A stretch of 64,000 nucleotides of DNA, taken from sequence record PZ445436.1. One strand, given 5' to 3'. The translations under genes were made by a program, and so were the position numbers. The stretch is from a phage. Positions 1-12,825 of this stretch are shown piece after piece. Positions within the stretch are counted from its first letter, which is position 1, and each line of letters begins with the position of its first letter. Below the pieces are notes generated by a model. That model saw only the letters and a program-made list of their open reading frames with translations, was not told the origin of the DNA and did no database searches.

Positions 1-1836
<1,836 letters not shown>

Positions 1837-1864
1837 TATTAAAGCATATTAAAGAGGATTAAAA

Positions 1865-3844
1865 ATGACTTTATTATCTCCGGGCATTGAGCTCAAAGAA
1901 ACTACGGTTCAAAGCACCGTGGTTAATAACTCTACTGGTACAGCAGCTTTGGCCGGTAAATTCCAGTGGGGTCCTGCTTTTCAAATTAAACAGGTTACAA
2001 ATGAAGTAGATTTAGTTAATACTTTTGGTCAACCTACAGCTGAAACTGCTGACTATTTTATGTCTGCAATGAATTTCTTACAATACGGAAATGATTTGCG
2101 AGTTGTGCGTGCTGTCGATAGAGATACCGCTAAAAACTCATCTCCGATTGCCGGTAATATTGAATACACTATTTCTACCCCAGGTAGTAACTACGCGGTT
2201 GGAGATAAAATCACTGTTAAGTATGTTTCAGAAGATGTTGAAACAGAAGGTAAAATTACTGAAGTAGATGCTGATGGAAAAATTAAGAAAATTAATATTC
2301 CTACCGCAAAAATTATCGCTAAAGCGAAAGAAGTAGGCGAATATCCAGCATTAGGTTCTAACTGGACTGCGGAAATTTCTTCGTCTTCCTCTGGTTTAGC
2401 TGCAGTAATAACTCTTGGAAAAATTATTACTGATTCTGGTATTTTATTAGCTGAAATTGAAAATGCCGAAGCTGCTATGACAGCTGTTGACTTTCAAGCA
2501 AATCTCGAAAAATATGGAATTCCAGGAGTAGTAGCTCTTTATCCAGGCGAGTTGGGCGATAAAATCGAAATTGAAATCGTATCTAAAGCTGACTACGCAA
2601 AAGGTGCTTCTGCATTACTCCCAATTTATCCAGGTGGCGGAACACGCGCATCTACTGCCAAAGCAGTGTTTGGATATGGACCACAAACTGATTCACAATA
2701 CGCTATTATAGTTCGTCGCAATGATGCTATTGTTCAAAGCGTTGTTCTTTCAACGAAGCGTGGTGAAAAAGATATTTACGATAGTAACATCTATATTGAT
2801 GACTTTTTCGCAAAAGGTGGTTCAGAATATATTTTCGCAACTGCACAAAACTGGCCAGAAGGCTTCTCTGGAATTTTAACTCTGTCTGGTGGTTTATCAT
2901 CAAATGCTGAAGTAACAGCAGGAGATTTGATGGAAGCTTGGGACTTCTTTGCTGACCGTGAATCTGTTGACGTTCAGTTGTTTATTGCGGGTTCTTGTGC
3001 CGGTGAATCTTTAGAAACAGCATCTACTGTCCAAAAACACGTCGTTTCAATTGGGGATGCTCGCCAAGATTGCTTAGTATTGTGCTCTCCTCCGCGTGAA
3101 ACTGTAGTTGGAATTCCTGTAACTCGTGCTGTTGATAACTTAGTCAATTGGAGAACTGCAGCAGGTTCATACACTGATAATAACTTTAATATCAGTTCAA
3201 CCTACGCAGCAATTGATGGTAACTACAAGTATCAGTACGACAAATATAATGATGTGAATCGTTGGGTTCCATTAGCAGCTGATATTGCTGGTTTATGCGC
3301 AAGAACTGATAACGTTTCTCAGACTTGGATGTCTCCAGCTGGTTATAATCGTGGCCAGATTCTTAACGTTATTAAACTTGCTATTGAAACTCGTCAGGCG
3401 CAGCGCGACCGTTTATACCAAGAAGCTATCAACCCAGTAACTGGTACAGGTGGTGATGGTTACGTATTGTATGGTGATAAAACAGCTACTTCTGTTCCTT
3501 CTCCATTTGATCGTATTAACGTTCGTCGTCTGTTTAATATGTTAAAAACGAATATCGGACGTAGTTCAAAATATCGTTTGTTCGAATTAAACAACGCGTT
3601 TACTCGTTCATCGTTCCGCACAGAAACTTCCCAGTACTTACAGGGAATTAAAGCTCTCGGTGGAATTTATGAATATCGTGTAGTTTGCGATACAACAAAT
3701 AACACTCCGTCAGTAATTGATAGAAATGAGTTTGTTGCAACATTCTACATTCAACCGGCTAGAAGCATTAACTACATTACCTTAAACTTCGTAGCAACTG
3801 CTACTGGTGCAGATTTCGATGAGTTAACTGGTCTTGCAGGTTAA
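1865..3844 (+). CDS. 18: Contractile tail sheath protein, T4 gp18-like
   Basis: 659-aa ORF, same length as T4 gp18; preceded by TATAAATA late promoter and AGAGGA SD. Confidence 0.95.
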   Translation: MTLLSPGIELKETTVQSTVVNNSTGTAALAGKFQWGPAFQIKQVTNEVDLVNTFGQPTAETADYFMSAMNFLQYGNDLRVVRAVDRDTAKNSSPIAGNIEYTISTPGSNYAVGDKITVKYVSEDVETEGKITEVDADGKIKKINIPTAKIIAKAKEVGEYPALGSNWTAEISSSSSGLAAVITLGKIITDSGILLAEIENAEAAMTAVDFQANLEKYGIPGVVALYPGELGDKIEIEIVSKADYAKGASALLPIYPGGGTRASTAKAVFGYGPQTDSQYAIIVRRNDAIVQSVVLSTKRGEKDIYDSNIYIDDFFAKGGSEYIFATAQNWPEGFSGILTLSGGLSSNAEVTAGDLMEAWDFFADRESVDVQLFIAGSCAGESLETASTVQKHVVSIGDARQDCLVLCSPPRETVVGIPVTRAVDNLVNWRTAAGSYTDNNFNISSTYAAIDGNYKYQYDKYNDVNRWVPLAADIAGLCARTDNVSQTWMSPAGYNRGQILNVIKLAIETRQAQRDRLYQEAINPVTGTGGDGYVLYGDKTATSVPSPFDRINVRRLFNMLKTNIGRSSKYRLFELNNAFTRSSFRTETSQYLQGIKALGGIYEYRVVCDTTNNTPSVIDRNEFVATFYIQPARSINYITLNFVATATGADFDELTGLAG

Positions 3845-3860
3845 TACGGTGCATTCTAAA

Positions 3861-3878
3861 GGCCTGTTTCGGCAGGCC
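3861..3878 (+). other. GC-rich hairpin after gene 18
   Basis: GGCCTG-TTTCGG-CAGGCC; no clear U-tract. Confidence 0.45.
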
Positions 3879-3879
3879 A

Positions 3880-3887
3880 TATAAATA
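3880..3887 (+). promoter_or_regulatory. Late promoter (TATAAATA), distal, upstream of gene 19
   Basis: Exact TATAAATA immediately after the GGCCTG/CAGGCC hairpin. Confidence 0.5.
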
Positions 3888-3938
3888 CACTATATCCTTA
3901 ATTCTTTAATTCTATATGCCCTAGGTTAAACATAGGGA

Positions 3939-3946
3939 TATAAATA
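3939..3946 (+). promoter_or_regulatory. Late promoter (TATAAATA) for gene 19
   Basis: Exact TATAAATA 15 nt upstream of gene 19 ATG. Confidence 0.6.
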
Positions 3947-3960
3947 CTACAGAGGCTAAT

Positions 3961-4452
3961 ATGTTTGTAGATGATGTAACACGAGCGTTTGAATCTGGTG
4001 ATTTTGCTCGACCTAACTTATTCCAAGTAGAAATTTCTTATCTTGGACAAAATTTTACGTTTCAATGTAAAGCCACTGCTTTACCAGCTGGTATTGTAGA
4101 AAAAATTCCAGTCGGATTTATGAACCGTAAAATTAACGTAGCAGGCGATCGTACATTCGATGACTGGACTGTTACAGTAATGAACGATGAGGCACATGAT
4201 GCTCGCCAGAAGTTTGTTGATTGGCAAAGCATTGCTGCTGGGCAAGGGAACGAAATTACTGGTGGAAAACCAGCAGAGTATAAAAAGAGCGCTGTTGTTC
4301 GCCAATATGCTCGTGACGCTAAAACTGTAACAAAAGAAGTCGAAATTAAAGGCTTGTGGCCTACCAACGTGGGTGAACTTCAATTAGATTGGGATTCAAA
4401 CAATGAAATCCAAACCTTTGAAGTAACTCTCGCTCTCGATTATTGGGAATAA
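3961..4452 (+). CDS. 19: Tail tube protein, T4 gp19-like
   Basis: 163-aa ORF, length and sequence as T4 gp19; two TATAAATA motifs upstream. Confidence 0.95.
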   Translation: MFVDDVTRAFESGDFARPNLFQVEISYLGQNFTFQCKATALPAGIVEKIPVGFMNRKINVAGDRTFDDWTVTVMNDEAHDARQKFVDWQSIAAGQGNEITGGKPAEYKKSAVVRQYARDAKTVTKEVEIKGLWPTNVGELQLDWDSNNEIQTFEVTLALDYWE

Positions 4453-4484
4453 AATGAATGGGGAGAAATCCCCATCCTGCTTAA

Positions 4485-6109
<1,625 letters not shown>

Positions 6110-6110
<1 letters not shown>

Positions 6111-6358
6111 TGGAAGGTTTAATTGAAGCTATTAAATCAAACGACCTCGTAGCCGCTCGTAAATTATTTGCTGAAGCCATGGCTGCAAGAACGATTGATT
6201 TAATTAAAGAAGAAAAAATCGCTATCGCTCGTAATTTCTTAATCGAAGGTGAAGAACCTGATGATGAGGATGACGAAGACGAGGATGATGACGAAGATAG
6301 CGATGATAAAGACGACAAAAAAGACAAAGACTCTGACGAAGACGAGGATGATGAATAA
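6110..6358 (+). CDS. 67: Prohead core protein, T4 gp67-like
   Basis: 82-aa ORF with poly-acidic C-terminal tract, in the T4 gp67 position between 20 and 68. Confidence 0.8.
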
Positions 6359-6783
6359 TGCTTCTGATCCCTGAAACTCATGAATTAGTTCTCGAGAATG
6401 TCGAAGCACTTATTCCTGAAGCACAGGGTCGCTTTGACGAATTGTCTTCTGCTTTAAATAAAGACGATATAAATACAATTATCGAGAATATGCTTGATGA
6501 TGAAACTGATTTAGCAATTGCATTAGCTTCTATTAATGAAGATATGCCGCTAAATGAATTCATCGTTAAACATGTTTCAGCTCGTGGTGAAATTACACGT
6601 ACTAAAGACCGCAAGACGCGTGAACGTAATGCATTTCAAACCACCGGGCTGTCTAAAGCAAAACGTAGACAAATTGCTCGCAAAGCTACCAAAACGAAGA
6701 TTGCCAATCCAGCAGGTCAATCTCGTGCTCAGCGTAAGCGTAAAAAAGCTCTTAAACGCCGTAAAGCATTAGGATTAAGCTAA
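6358..6783 (+). CDS. 68: Prohead core protein, T4 gp68-like
   Basis: 141-aa ORF with basic C-terminus, length and position as T4 gp68. Confidence 0.8.
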   Translation: MLLIPETHELVLENVEALIPEAQGRFDELSSALNKDDINTIIENMLDDETDLAIALASINEDMPLNEFIVKHVSARGEITRTKDRKTRERNAFQTTGLSKAKRRQIARKATKTKIANPAGQSRAQRKRKKALKRRKALGLS

Positions 6784-7421
6784 TGAATGAACCCCAATTA
6801 CTAATTGAAACTTGGGGTCAACCTGGCGAAATTATTGATGGTGTGCCAATGCTTGAATCCCACGATGGAAAAGACTTAGGTTTAAAACCTGGTTTATACA
6901 TCGAAGGAATATTCATGCAAGCGGAAGTCGTCAATAGAAATAAACGTCTTTATCCAAAACGCATATTAGAAAAAGCGGTAAAAGACTATATCAATGAGCA
7001 AGTTTTAACTAAACAAGCTCTCGGAGAATTAAATCATCCTCCACGCGCTAATGTTGACCCAATGCAAGCCGCTATCATTATAGAAGATATGTGGTGGAAA
7101 GGAAATGACGTATACGGACGAGCTCGTGTTATTGAAGGTGACCATGGTCCTGGAGATAAATTAGCAGCTAATATTCGTGCCGGATGGATTCCAGGAGTTT
7201 CTTCCCGTGGATTAGGTTCATTGACTGACACAAATAAAGGTTATCGTATCGTAAACGAAGGATTCAAATTAACTGTAGGTGTTGATGCAGTATGGGGTCC
7301 AAGTGCTCCAGATGCATGGGTAACTCCTAAGGAAATTACCGAATCACAGACGGCGGAAGCCGATACAAGTGCCGATGACGCCTATATGGCTCTCGCAGAG
7401 GCCATGAAAAAAGCGTTATAA
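6783..7421 (+). CDS. 21: Prohead core scaffold protein and protease, T4 gp21-like
   Basis: 212-aa ORF, length and position as T4 gp21. Confidence 0.9.
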   Translation: MNEPQLLIETWGQPGEIIDGVPMLESHDGKDLGLKPGLYIEGIFMQAEVVNRNKRLYPKRILEKAVKDYINEQVLTKQALGELNHPPRANVDPMQAAIIIEDMWWKGNDVYGRARVIEGDHGPGDKLAANIRAGWIPGVSSRGLGSLTDTNKGYRIVNEGFKLTVGVDAVWGPSAPDAWVTPKEITESQTAEADTSADDAYMALAEAMKKAL

Positions 7422-7424
7422 ATA
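7417..7424 (+). promoter_or_regulatory. Late promoter (TATAAATA) for gene 22
   Basis: Exact TATAAATA 27 nt upstream of gene 22 ATG. Confidence 0.6.
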
Positions 7425-7451
7425 TTATTATCTAAACAACAGGACTACAAA

Positions 7452-8261
7452 ATGCTTAAAGAACAACTGATTGCCGAAGCGCAGAAAATTGATGCTTCCG
7501 TTGCTCTTGATAGTATTTTCGAATCAGTTAATATTTCTCCGGAAGCAAAAGAAACTTTCGGCACTGTATTCGAAGCTACCGTCAAGCAGCACGCCGTTAA
7601 ATTAGCTGAATCTCATATCGCTAAAATTGCTGAAAAAGCAGAAGAAGAAGTAGAAAAAAATAAAGAAGAAGCCGAAGAAAAAGCTGAGAAGAAAATCGCT
7701 GAGCAAGCTTCTAAATTCATTGACCATCTTGCGAAAGAATGGCTCGCTGAAAATAAATTAGCAGTTGATAAAGGCATCAAAGCCGAACTGTTTGAATCCA
7801 TGCTTGGTGGATTAAAAGAGCTCTTTGTTGAACACAACGTTGTTGTTCCAGAAGAATCGGTTGATGTTGTAGCTGAAATGGAAGAAGAGCTGCAAGAACA
7901 TAAAGAAGAATCAGCTCGTCTGTTCGAAGAACTCAATAAGCGTGACGCATATATCAATTATGTGCAGCGTGAAGTGGCATTGAGCGAAAGTACTAAAGAT
8001 CTGACTGAGTCTCAAAAAGAAAAAGTCTCTGCTCTGGTCGAAGGTATGGATTATTCAGATGCATTCTCAAGTAAATTGAGTGCAATCGTAGAAATGGTGA
8101 AGAAATCTAATAAAGATGAAAGCACTATTACTGAGAGTATAAATACTCCTGATACTGAAGCAGCCGGACTGAATTTCGTCACTGAAGCTGTAGAAGATAA
8201 AGCTGCACAGGGTGCAGAAGATATTGTAAGTGTATATGCGAAAGTCGCATCTCGTTTCTAA
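7452..8261 (+). CDS. 22: Prohead core scaffolding protein, T4 gp22-like
   Basis: 269-aa ORF, strongly acidic/helical, length as T4 gp22; TATAAATA upstream. Confidence 0.9.
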   Translation: MLKEQLIAEAQKIDASVALDSIFESVNISPEAKETFGTVFEATVKQHAVKLAESHIAKIAEKAEEEVEKNKEEAEEKAEKKIAEQASKFIDHLAKEWLAENKLAVDKGIKAELFESMLGGLKELFVEHNVVVPEESVDVVAEMEEELQEHKEESARLFEELNKRDAYINYVQREVALSESTKDLTESQKEKVSALVEGMDYSDAFSSKLSAIVEMVKKSNKDESTITESINTPDTEAAGLNFVTEAVEDKAAQGAEDIVSVYAKVASRF

Positions 8262-8279
8262 TTTTAAAGGTTAACACAA

Positions 8280-9845
8280 ATGACTATCAAAACTAAAGCT
8301 GAACTTTTGAACAAATGGAAGCCATTACTGGAAGGTGAAGGTTTACCGGAAATTGCTAATAGCAAACAAGCGATTATCGCTAAAATCTTTGAAAACCAGG
8401 AAAAAGATTTCCAGACAGCTCCAGAATATAAAGACGAAAAAATTGCTCAGGCATTTGGTTCTTTCTTAACAGAAGCTGAAATCGGTGGTGACCACGGTTA
8501 CAATGCTACCAACATCGCTGCAGGTCAGACTTCTGGCGCAGTAACTCAGATTGGCCCAGCTGTTATGGGTATGGTACGTCGTGCTATTCCTAACCTGATT
8601 GCTTTCGATATTTGTGGTGTTCAGCCGATGAACAGCCCAACCGGTCAGGTATTCGCACTCCGCGCGGTATATGGTAAAGATCCGATCGCTGCCGGTGCTA
8701 AAGAAGCATTCCACCCAATGTATGGTCCAGATGCAATGTTCTCTGGTCAGGGTGCTGCTAAGAAATTCCCAGCTCTGGCTGCTAGCACAGAAACCACAGT
8801 AGGTGATATCTATACTCACTTCTTCCAGGACACTGGTACTGTGTATCTGCAAGCTTCTGCTCAAGTAACAATTAGTGCAAGCGCAACTGATGCAGATAAA
8901 TTAGATGCTGAAATTAAGAAACAAATGGAAGCTGGTGCACTGGTAGAAATCGCTGAAGGTATGGCTACTTCTATCGCTGAACTCCAGGAAGGTTTCAACG
9001 GTTCTACCGATAACCCATGGAATGAAATGGGCTTCCGTATCGATAAACAAGTTATCGAAGCTAAATCTCGCCAGCTGAAAGCTGCTTACTCTATCGAATT
9101 AGCACAAGACCTCCGCGCTGTTCACGGTATGGATGCTGACGCTGAACTGTCTGGTATTCTGGCTACAGAAATTATGCTGGAAATCAACCGTGAAGTTGTT
9201 GATTGGATTAACTACTCAGCTCAGGTTGGTAAATCTGGTATGACTCTGACTCCGGGTTCTAAAGCTGGTGTATTTGACTTCCAGGACCCAATCGATATTC
9301 GTGGTGCTCGCTGGGCGGGTGAATCCTTTAAAGCTCTGTTGTTCCAGATTGACAAAGAAGCAGTTGAAATTGCTCGTCAAACCGGTCGCGGCGAAGGTAA
9401 CTTCATTATCGCTTCTCGTAACGTAGTTAACGTACTGGCTTCTGTTGATACTGGCATTTCTTATGCTGCTCAAGGTTTGGCAACCGGTTTTAATACTGAT
9501 ACTACTAAGTCAGTATTTGCAGGTGTTCTGGGTGGTAAATACCGTGTATATATCGACCAGTATGCTAAACAGGATTATTTCACTGTAGGTTATAAAGGTC
9601 CGAACGAAATGGATGCTGGTATTTACTATGCTCCATATGTAGCTCTGACTCCGCTGCGTGGTTCCGATCCGAAGAACTTCCAACCAGTAATGGGATTCAA
9701 AACTCGTTACGGTATCGGTATCAACCCATTTGCAGAATCCGCTGCTCAGGCTCCGGCTTCTCGCATTCAGAGTGGTATGCCTTCTATCCTGAACAGCCTT
9801 GGTAAGAACGCTTACTTCCGCCGTGTATATGTTAAAGGTATCTAA
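8280..9845 (+). CDS. 23: Major capsid protein, T4 gp23-like
   Basis: 521-aa ORF, length as T4 gp23; high codon bias; followed by strong terminator hairpin. Confidence 0.95.
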   Translation: MTIKTKAELLNKWKPLLEGEGLPEIANSKQAIIAKIFENQEKDFQTAPEYKDEKIAQAFGSFLTEAEIGGDHGYNATNIAAGQTSGAVTQIGPAVMGMVRRAIPNLIAFDICGVQPMNSPTGQVFALRAVYGKDPIAAGAKEAFHPMYGPDAMFSGQGAAKKFPALAASTETTVGDIYTHFFQDTGTVYLQASAQVTISASATDADKLDAEIKKQMEAGALVEIAEGMATSIAELQEGFNGSTDNPWNEMGFRIDKQVIEAKSRQLKAAYSIELAQDLRAVHGMDADAELSGILATEIMLEINREVVDWINYSAQVGKSGMTLTPGSKAGVFDFQDPIDIRGARWAGESFKALLFQIDKEAVEIARQTGRGEGNFIIASRNVVNVLASVDTGISYAAQGLATGFNTDTTKSVFAGVLGGKYRVYIDQYAKQDYFTVGYKGPNEMDAGIYYAPYVALTPLRGSDPKNFQPVMGFKTRYGIGINPFAESAAQAPASRIQSGMPSILNSLGKNAYFRRVYVKGI

Positions 9846-9859
9846 TCTTTGACGATTTA

Positions 9860-9877
9860 AGGGACCTTCGGGTCCCT
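9860..9877 (+). terminator. Intrinsic terminator after gene 23
   Basis: AGGGACC-UUCG-GGUCCCU hairpin followed by T-rich tract. Confidence 0.75.
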
Positions 9878-9893
9878 TTAGTTGTTTTTATGG

Positions 9894-9901
9894 TATAAAT
9901 A
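9894..9901 (+). promoter_or_regulatory. Late promoter (TATAAATA) for gene 24
   Basis: Exact TATAAATA after the gene 23 terminator, 27 nt upstream of gene 24 ATG. Confidence 0.6.
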
Positions 9902-9928
9902 AATCATATAAACTGAAAGGAAAGCGCA

Positions 9929-11212
9929 ATGGCTAAAATCAACGAACTTCTGCGCGAATCAACCACAACGAATAGCAACTCAATCGGTCGCCCAAATCTC
10001 GTTGCTTTGACTCGCGCTACCACTAAATTAATATATTCTGACATTGTAGCAACGCAAAGAACTAATCAACCTGTTGCTGCTTTTTATGGTATCAAATACC
10101 TTAACCCAGACAATGAATTTACATTTAAAACTGGTGCTACTTACGCTGGCGAAGCTGGATATGTAGACCGAGAACAAATCACAGAATTGACAGAAGAGTC
10201 TAAATTAACTCTCAATAAAGGCGATTTATTCAAATATAATAATATCGTTTATAAAGTATTAGAAGATACTCCATTTGCTGATATTGAAGAAAGCGATTTA
10301 GAATTAGCTCTTCAGATTGCAATTGTTCTTTTAAAGGTTCGTCTATTTTCTGACGCAGCGTCAACAAGCAAATTTGAAAGCTCTGATAGCGAAATTGCGG
10401 ATGCTAGATTCCAGATTAATAAATGGCAAACCGCCGTTAAATCTCGTAAACTTAAAACTGGCATTACAGTTGAATTGGCTCAAGATTTAGAAGCAAACGG
10501 ATTCGACGCTCCTAATTTCCTGGAAGATTTGCTTGCAACTGAAATGGCAGATGAAATCAATAAAGATATTCTGCAGTCTTTGATTACGGTATCAAAACGT
10601 TATAAAGTTACAGGAATTACTGATAGTGGATTCATCGATTTGAGTTATGCATCTGCTCCTGAAGCGGGTCGTTCATTATATCGAATGGTATGTGAAATGG
10701 TTTCGCATATTCAAAAAGAATCAACTTATACAGCAACGTTCTGTGTTGCTTCAGCTCGTGCTGCTGCGATTCTTGCTGCATCAGGTTGGTTAAAACATAA
10801 ACCAGAAGATGACAAATATCTTTCACAAAATGCCTATGGGTTCTTAGCTAATGGTTTACCGCTTTATTGCGATACTAACAGCCCATTAGATTATGTAATC
10901 GTTGGTGTAGTAGAAAATATCGGTGAAAAAGAAATTGTTGGATCAATTTTCTATGCTCCGTATACAGAAGGTCTCGATTTAGATGACCCTGAACATGTAG
11001 GTGCATTTAAAGTTGTTGTTGATCCAGAAAGCTTACAACCATCTATCGGTTTATTAGTTAGATATGCTTTATCAGCAAATCCTTACACCGTAGCAAAAGA
11101 TGAAAAAGAAGCAAGAGTAATTGATGGTGGAGACATGGATAAAATGGCGGGTCGTTCAGATTTGTCTGTTTTATTAGGTGTTAAATTACCAAAAATTATT
11201 ATTGATGAATAA
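9929..11212 (+). CDS. 24: Capsid vertex protein, T4 gp24-like
   Basis: 427-aa ORF, length as T4 gp24; late promoter upstream; terminator downstream. Confidence 0.95.
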   Translation: MAKINELLRESTTTNSNSIGRPNLVALTRATTKLIYSDIVATQRTNQPVAAFYGIKYLNPDNEFTFKTGATYAGEAGYVDREQITELTEESKLTLNKGDLFKYNNIVYKVLEDTPFADIEESDLELALQIAIVLLKVRLFSDAASTSKFESSDSEIADARFQINKWQTAVKSRKLKTGITVELAQDLEANGFDAPNFLEDLLATEMADEINKDILQSLITVSKRYKVTGITDSGFIDLSYASAPEAGRSLYRMVCEMVSHIQKESTYTATFCVASARAAAILAASGWLKHKPEDDKYLSQNAYGFLANGLPLYCDTNSPLDYVIVGVVENIGEKEIVGSIFYAPYTEGLDLDDPEHVGAFKVVVDPESLQPSIGLLVRYALSANPYTVAKDEKEARVIDGGDMDKMAGRSDLSVLLGVKLPKIIIDE

Positions 11213-11217
11213 AGCAA

Positions 11218-11235
11218 AGGGACCTTTCGGTCCCT
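11218..11235. terminator. Bidirectional terminator between gene 24 (+) and rnlB (-)
   Basis: AGGGACC-UUUCG-GUCCCU hairpin flanked by A-run and T-run. Confidence 0.75.
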
Positions 11236-11241
11236 TTTTAT

Positions 11242-12246
11242 TTAGCTCACCAACTCAATCCAAGCTGGACGAAGTACATCTTGCACCATTTTAACTAATT
11301 CCTTTTTAATCAAAGAAGGATTATCTGCTTGAGTTAAAGTAATACCTTCACGAGAAGTTTCTTCCAAAATATCTTGAACAGTTAGCCCCATCACCTTTCC
11401 AAAATCTTTAGGACCAATTTCGCCAATTTTAGAAATAACGTTATTTACCCGGTTCAGTGTCACGTAACAAGCTAAAATTCCCACCAATTTGTTATCAGCT
11501 TCTGATAGTTCAACTTTAGCTTTAATAGGCTTATCAGACTTTTTCTTTTCACTAAATTTGGAATTCTTGCATTTAATCGCTACACGATTGCGATTAGGCA
11601 GCCAAGAAGGATAACAAGGTTTCAATACATATCCTTCAGCGGTAAATACTTCGCCTTTTGCTTTGGAATTCCAAACGCATTTATTTGCATCAACTAATCC
11701 AGCATGATCTACTGTAAAATTATAATCTTGGACGACAGAATCTAAATCATTTGGCAATTTAATAAGCTCTTCAAATTTACCGCGACCTAAAAGTGGAGCC
11801 ATTTTAAATTTAAATGTATTACAGAATGATTCCATCATATAATCATCGACATAAGTCACATCGCCACTTTCTGTAGTAACAATAATGTCAAATACATAAA
11901 AATCTTTATCGCCATAATCAACATTCTTCTGAATGCCAGGTCCAGCGAATTCGCCAAAGACTTGATAAGATACAACCGCTGAGGTTTCCATAATATCTTG
12001 TACTGCTTTAATGGAATCAGCATAATTCTTTAAAATAATTTCATACCCAAAGAAATCTTCAGCAGGAAGAATCGGTCCAGTACGTTTAGCGCAAGTTACT
12101 TTATCACGCTCAATAATCAATGAGAAATTTGTGCCGTGAATCTTTTCACGAGCTACCCATTCGCCGCCAGTCAATCCCAGGCTATAAAGTTTTTCAATAA
12201 ATTTAGAATTGTAATGATTTTCAAGACTGCTATACTTTTTAAACAT
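11242..12246 (-). CDS. rnlB: RNA ligase 2, T4 RnlB-like
   Basis: 334-aa ORF; nucleotidyltransferase lysine motif EKIHGTN; length as T4 Rnl2. Confidence 0.9.
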   Translation of the reverse strand: MFKKYSSLENHYNSKFIEKLYSLGLTGGEWVAREKIHGTNFSLIIERDKVTCAKRTGPILPAEDFFGYEIILKNYADSIKAVQDIMETSAVVSYQVFGEFAGPGIQKNVDYGDKDFYVFDIIVTTESGDVTYVDDYMMESFCNTFKFKMAPLLGRGKFEELIKLPNDLDSVVQDYNFTVDHAGLVDANKCVWNSKAKGEVFTAEGYVLKPCYPSWLPNRNRVAIKCKNSKFSEKKKSDKPIKAKVELSEADNKLVGILACYVTLNRVNNVISKIGEIGPKDFGKVMGLTVQDILEETSREGITLTQADNPSLIKKELVKMVQDVLRPAWIELVS

Positions 12247-12255
12247 AATTAATCC

Positions 12256-12534
12256 TCAAAATGTAATTTCTAACCAATCACCATCACGCTGATCACTATT
12301 GACTTTAAAATTAAATCCTTCTTTTCTCAGCCAATCACCAATTTCTTCAGTAATCAATTTATCGCGAGCAGTACAATAATAACTAAAATATGTTTTACCT
12401 TGTTCAGCTGCTTTATTAGCAAGTTCTGAAAAATCTTTAATAAAACATTCTAGTTTAAACTGTTTACTTTTAAGTGCTTTTTCTCGCAATTGATTAGCAA
12501 AAGATTCATTTTCATAAATATCATACTGTTCCAT
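12256..12534 (-). CDS. Hypothetical protein (T4 24.2-like position)
   Basis: 92-aa ORF between rnlB and hoc, tightly packed. Confidence 0.6.
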   Translation of the reverse strand: MEQYDIYENESFANQLREKALKSKQFKLECFIKDFSELANKAAEQGKTYFSYYCTARDKLITEEIGDWLRKEGFNFKVNSDQRDGDWLEITF

Positions 12535-12736
12535 TTTTCACCTTTTTATTGATATGTCTTTTTCTATAGACAACTTTTTCTCGAGTTTCAAATTTATTCT
12601 TAGCAGTCATAGCTCGAGCCCATAATACAGCCACTTCTTTTGCCTGTAAGTTTAATTCACGAGCAATTTCAATGAATGACTTTCCAGACTCATGAAGAGT
12701 AAACACCACAACCTCAGTTCTCATAATCAATCTCAT
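12521..12736 (-). CDS. Hypothetical small basic protein, possible HTH (T4 24.3-like position)
   Basis: 71-aa ORF overlapping the next gene by 14 nt; basic C-terminus. Confidence 0.55.
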   Translation of the reverse strand: MRLIMRTEVVVFTLHESGKSFIEIARELNLQAKEVAVLWARAMTAKNKFETREKVVYRKRHINKKVKNGTV

Positions 12737-12805
12737 GTTATCGAGTTGGTGCCATTATATACATCATTTTCTGATTGTGTTTTGTGTGCTTTCAAAATGA
12801 AGAAA

Positions 12806-12819
12806 GGGGCCGAAGCCCC
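12806..12819 (-). terminator. Terminator-like hairpin after hoc
   Basis: GGGGC-CGAA-GCCCC followed on minus strand by U-rich tract. Confidence 0.55.
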
Positions 12820-12825
12820 TTACGA

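Noticed and set aside
3919-3937. Short hairpin CCCTA(N9)TAGGG upstream of gene 19
   Set aside because: Only a 5-bp stem with a large loop and no U-tract; likely fortuitous.
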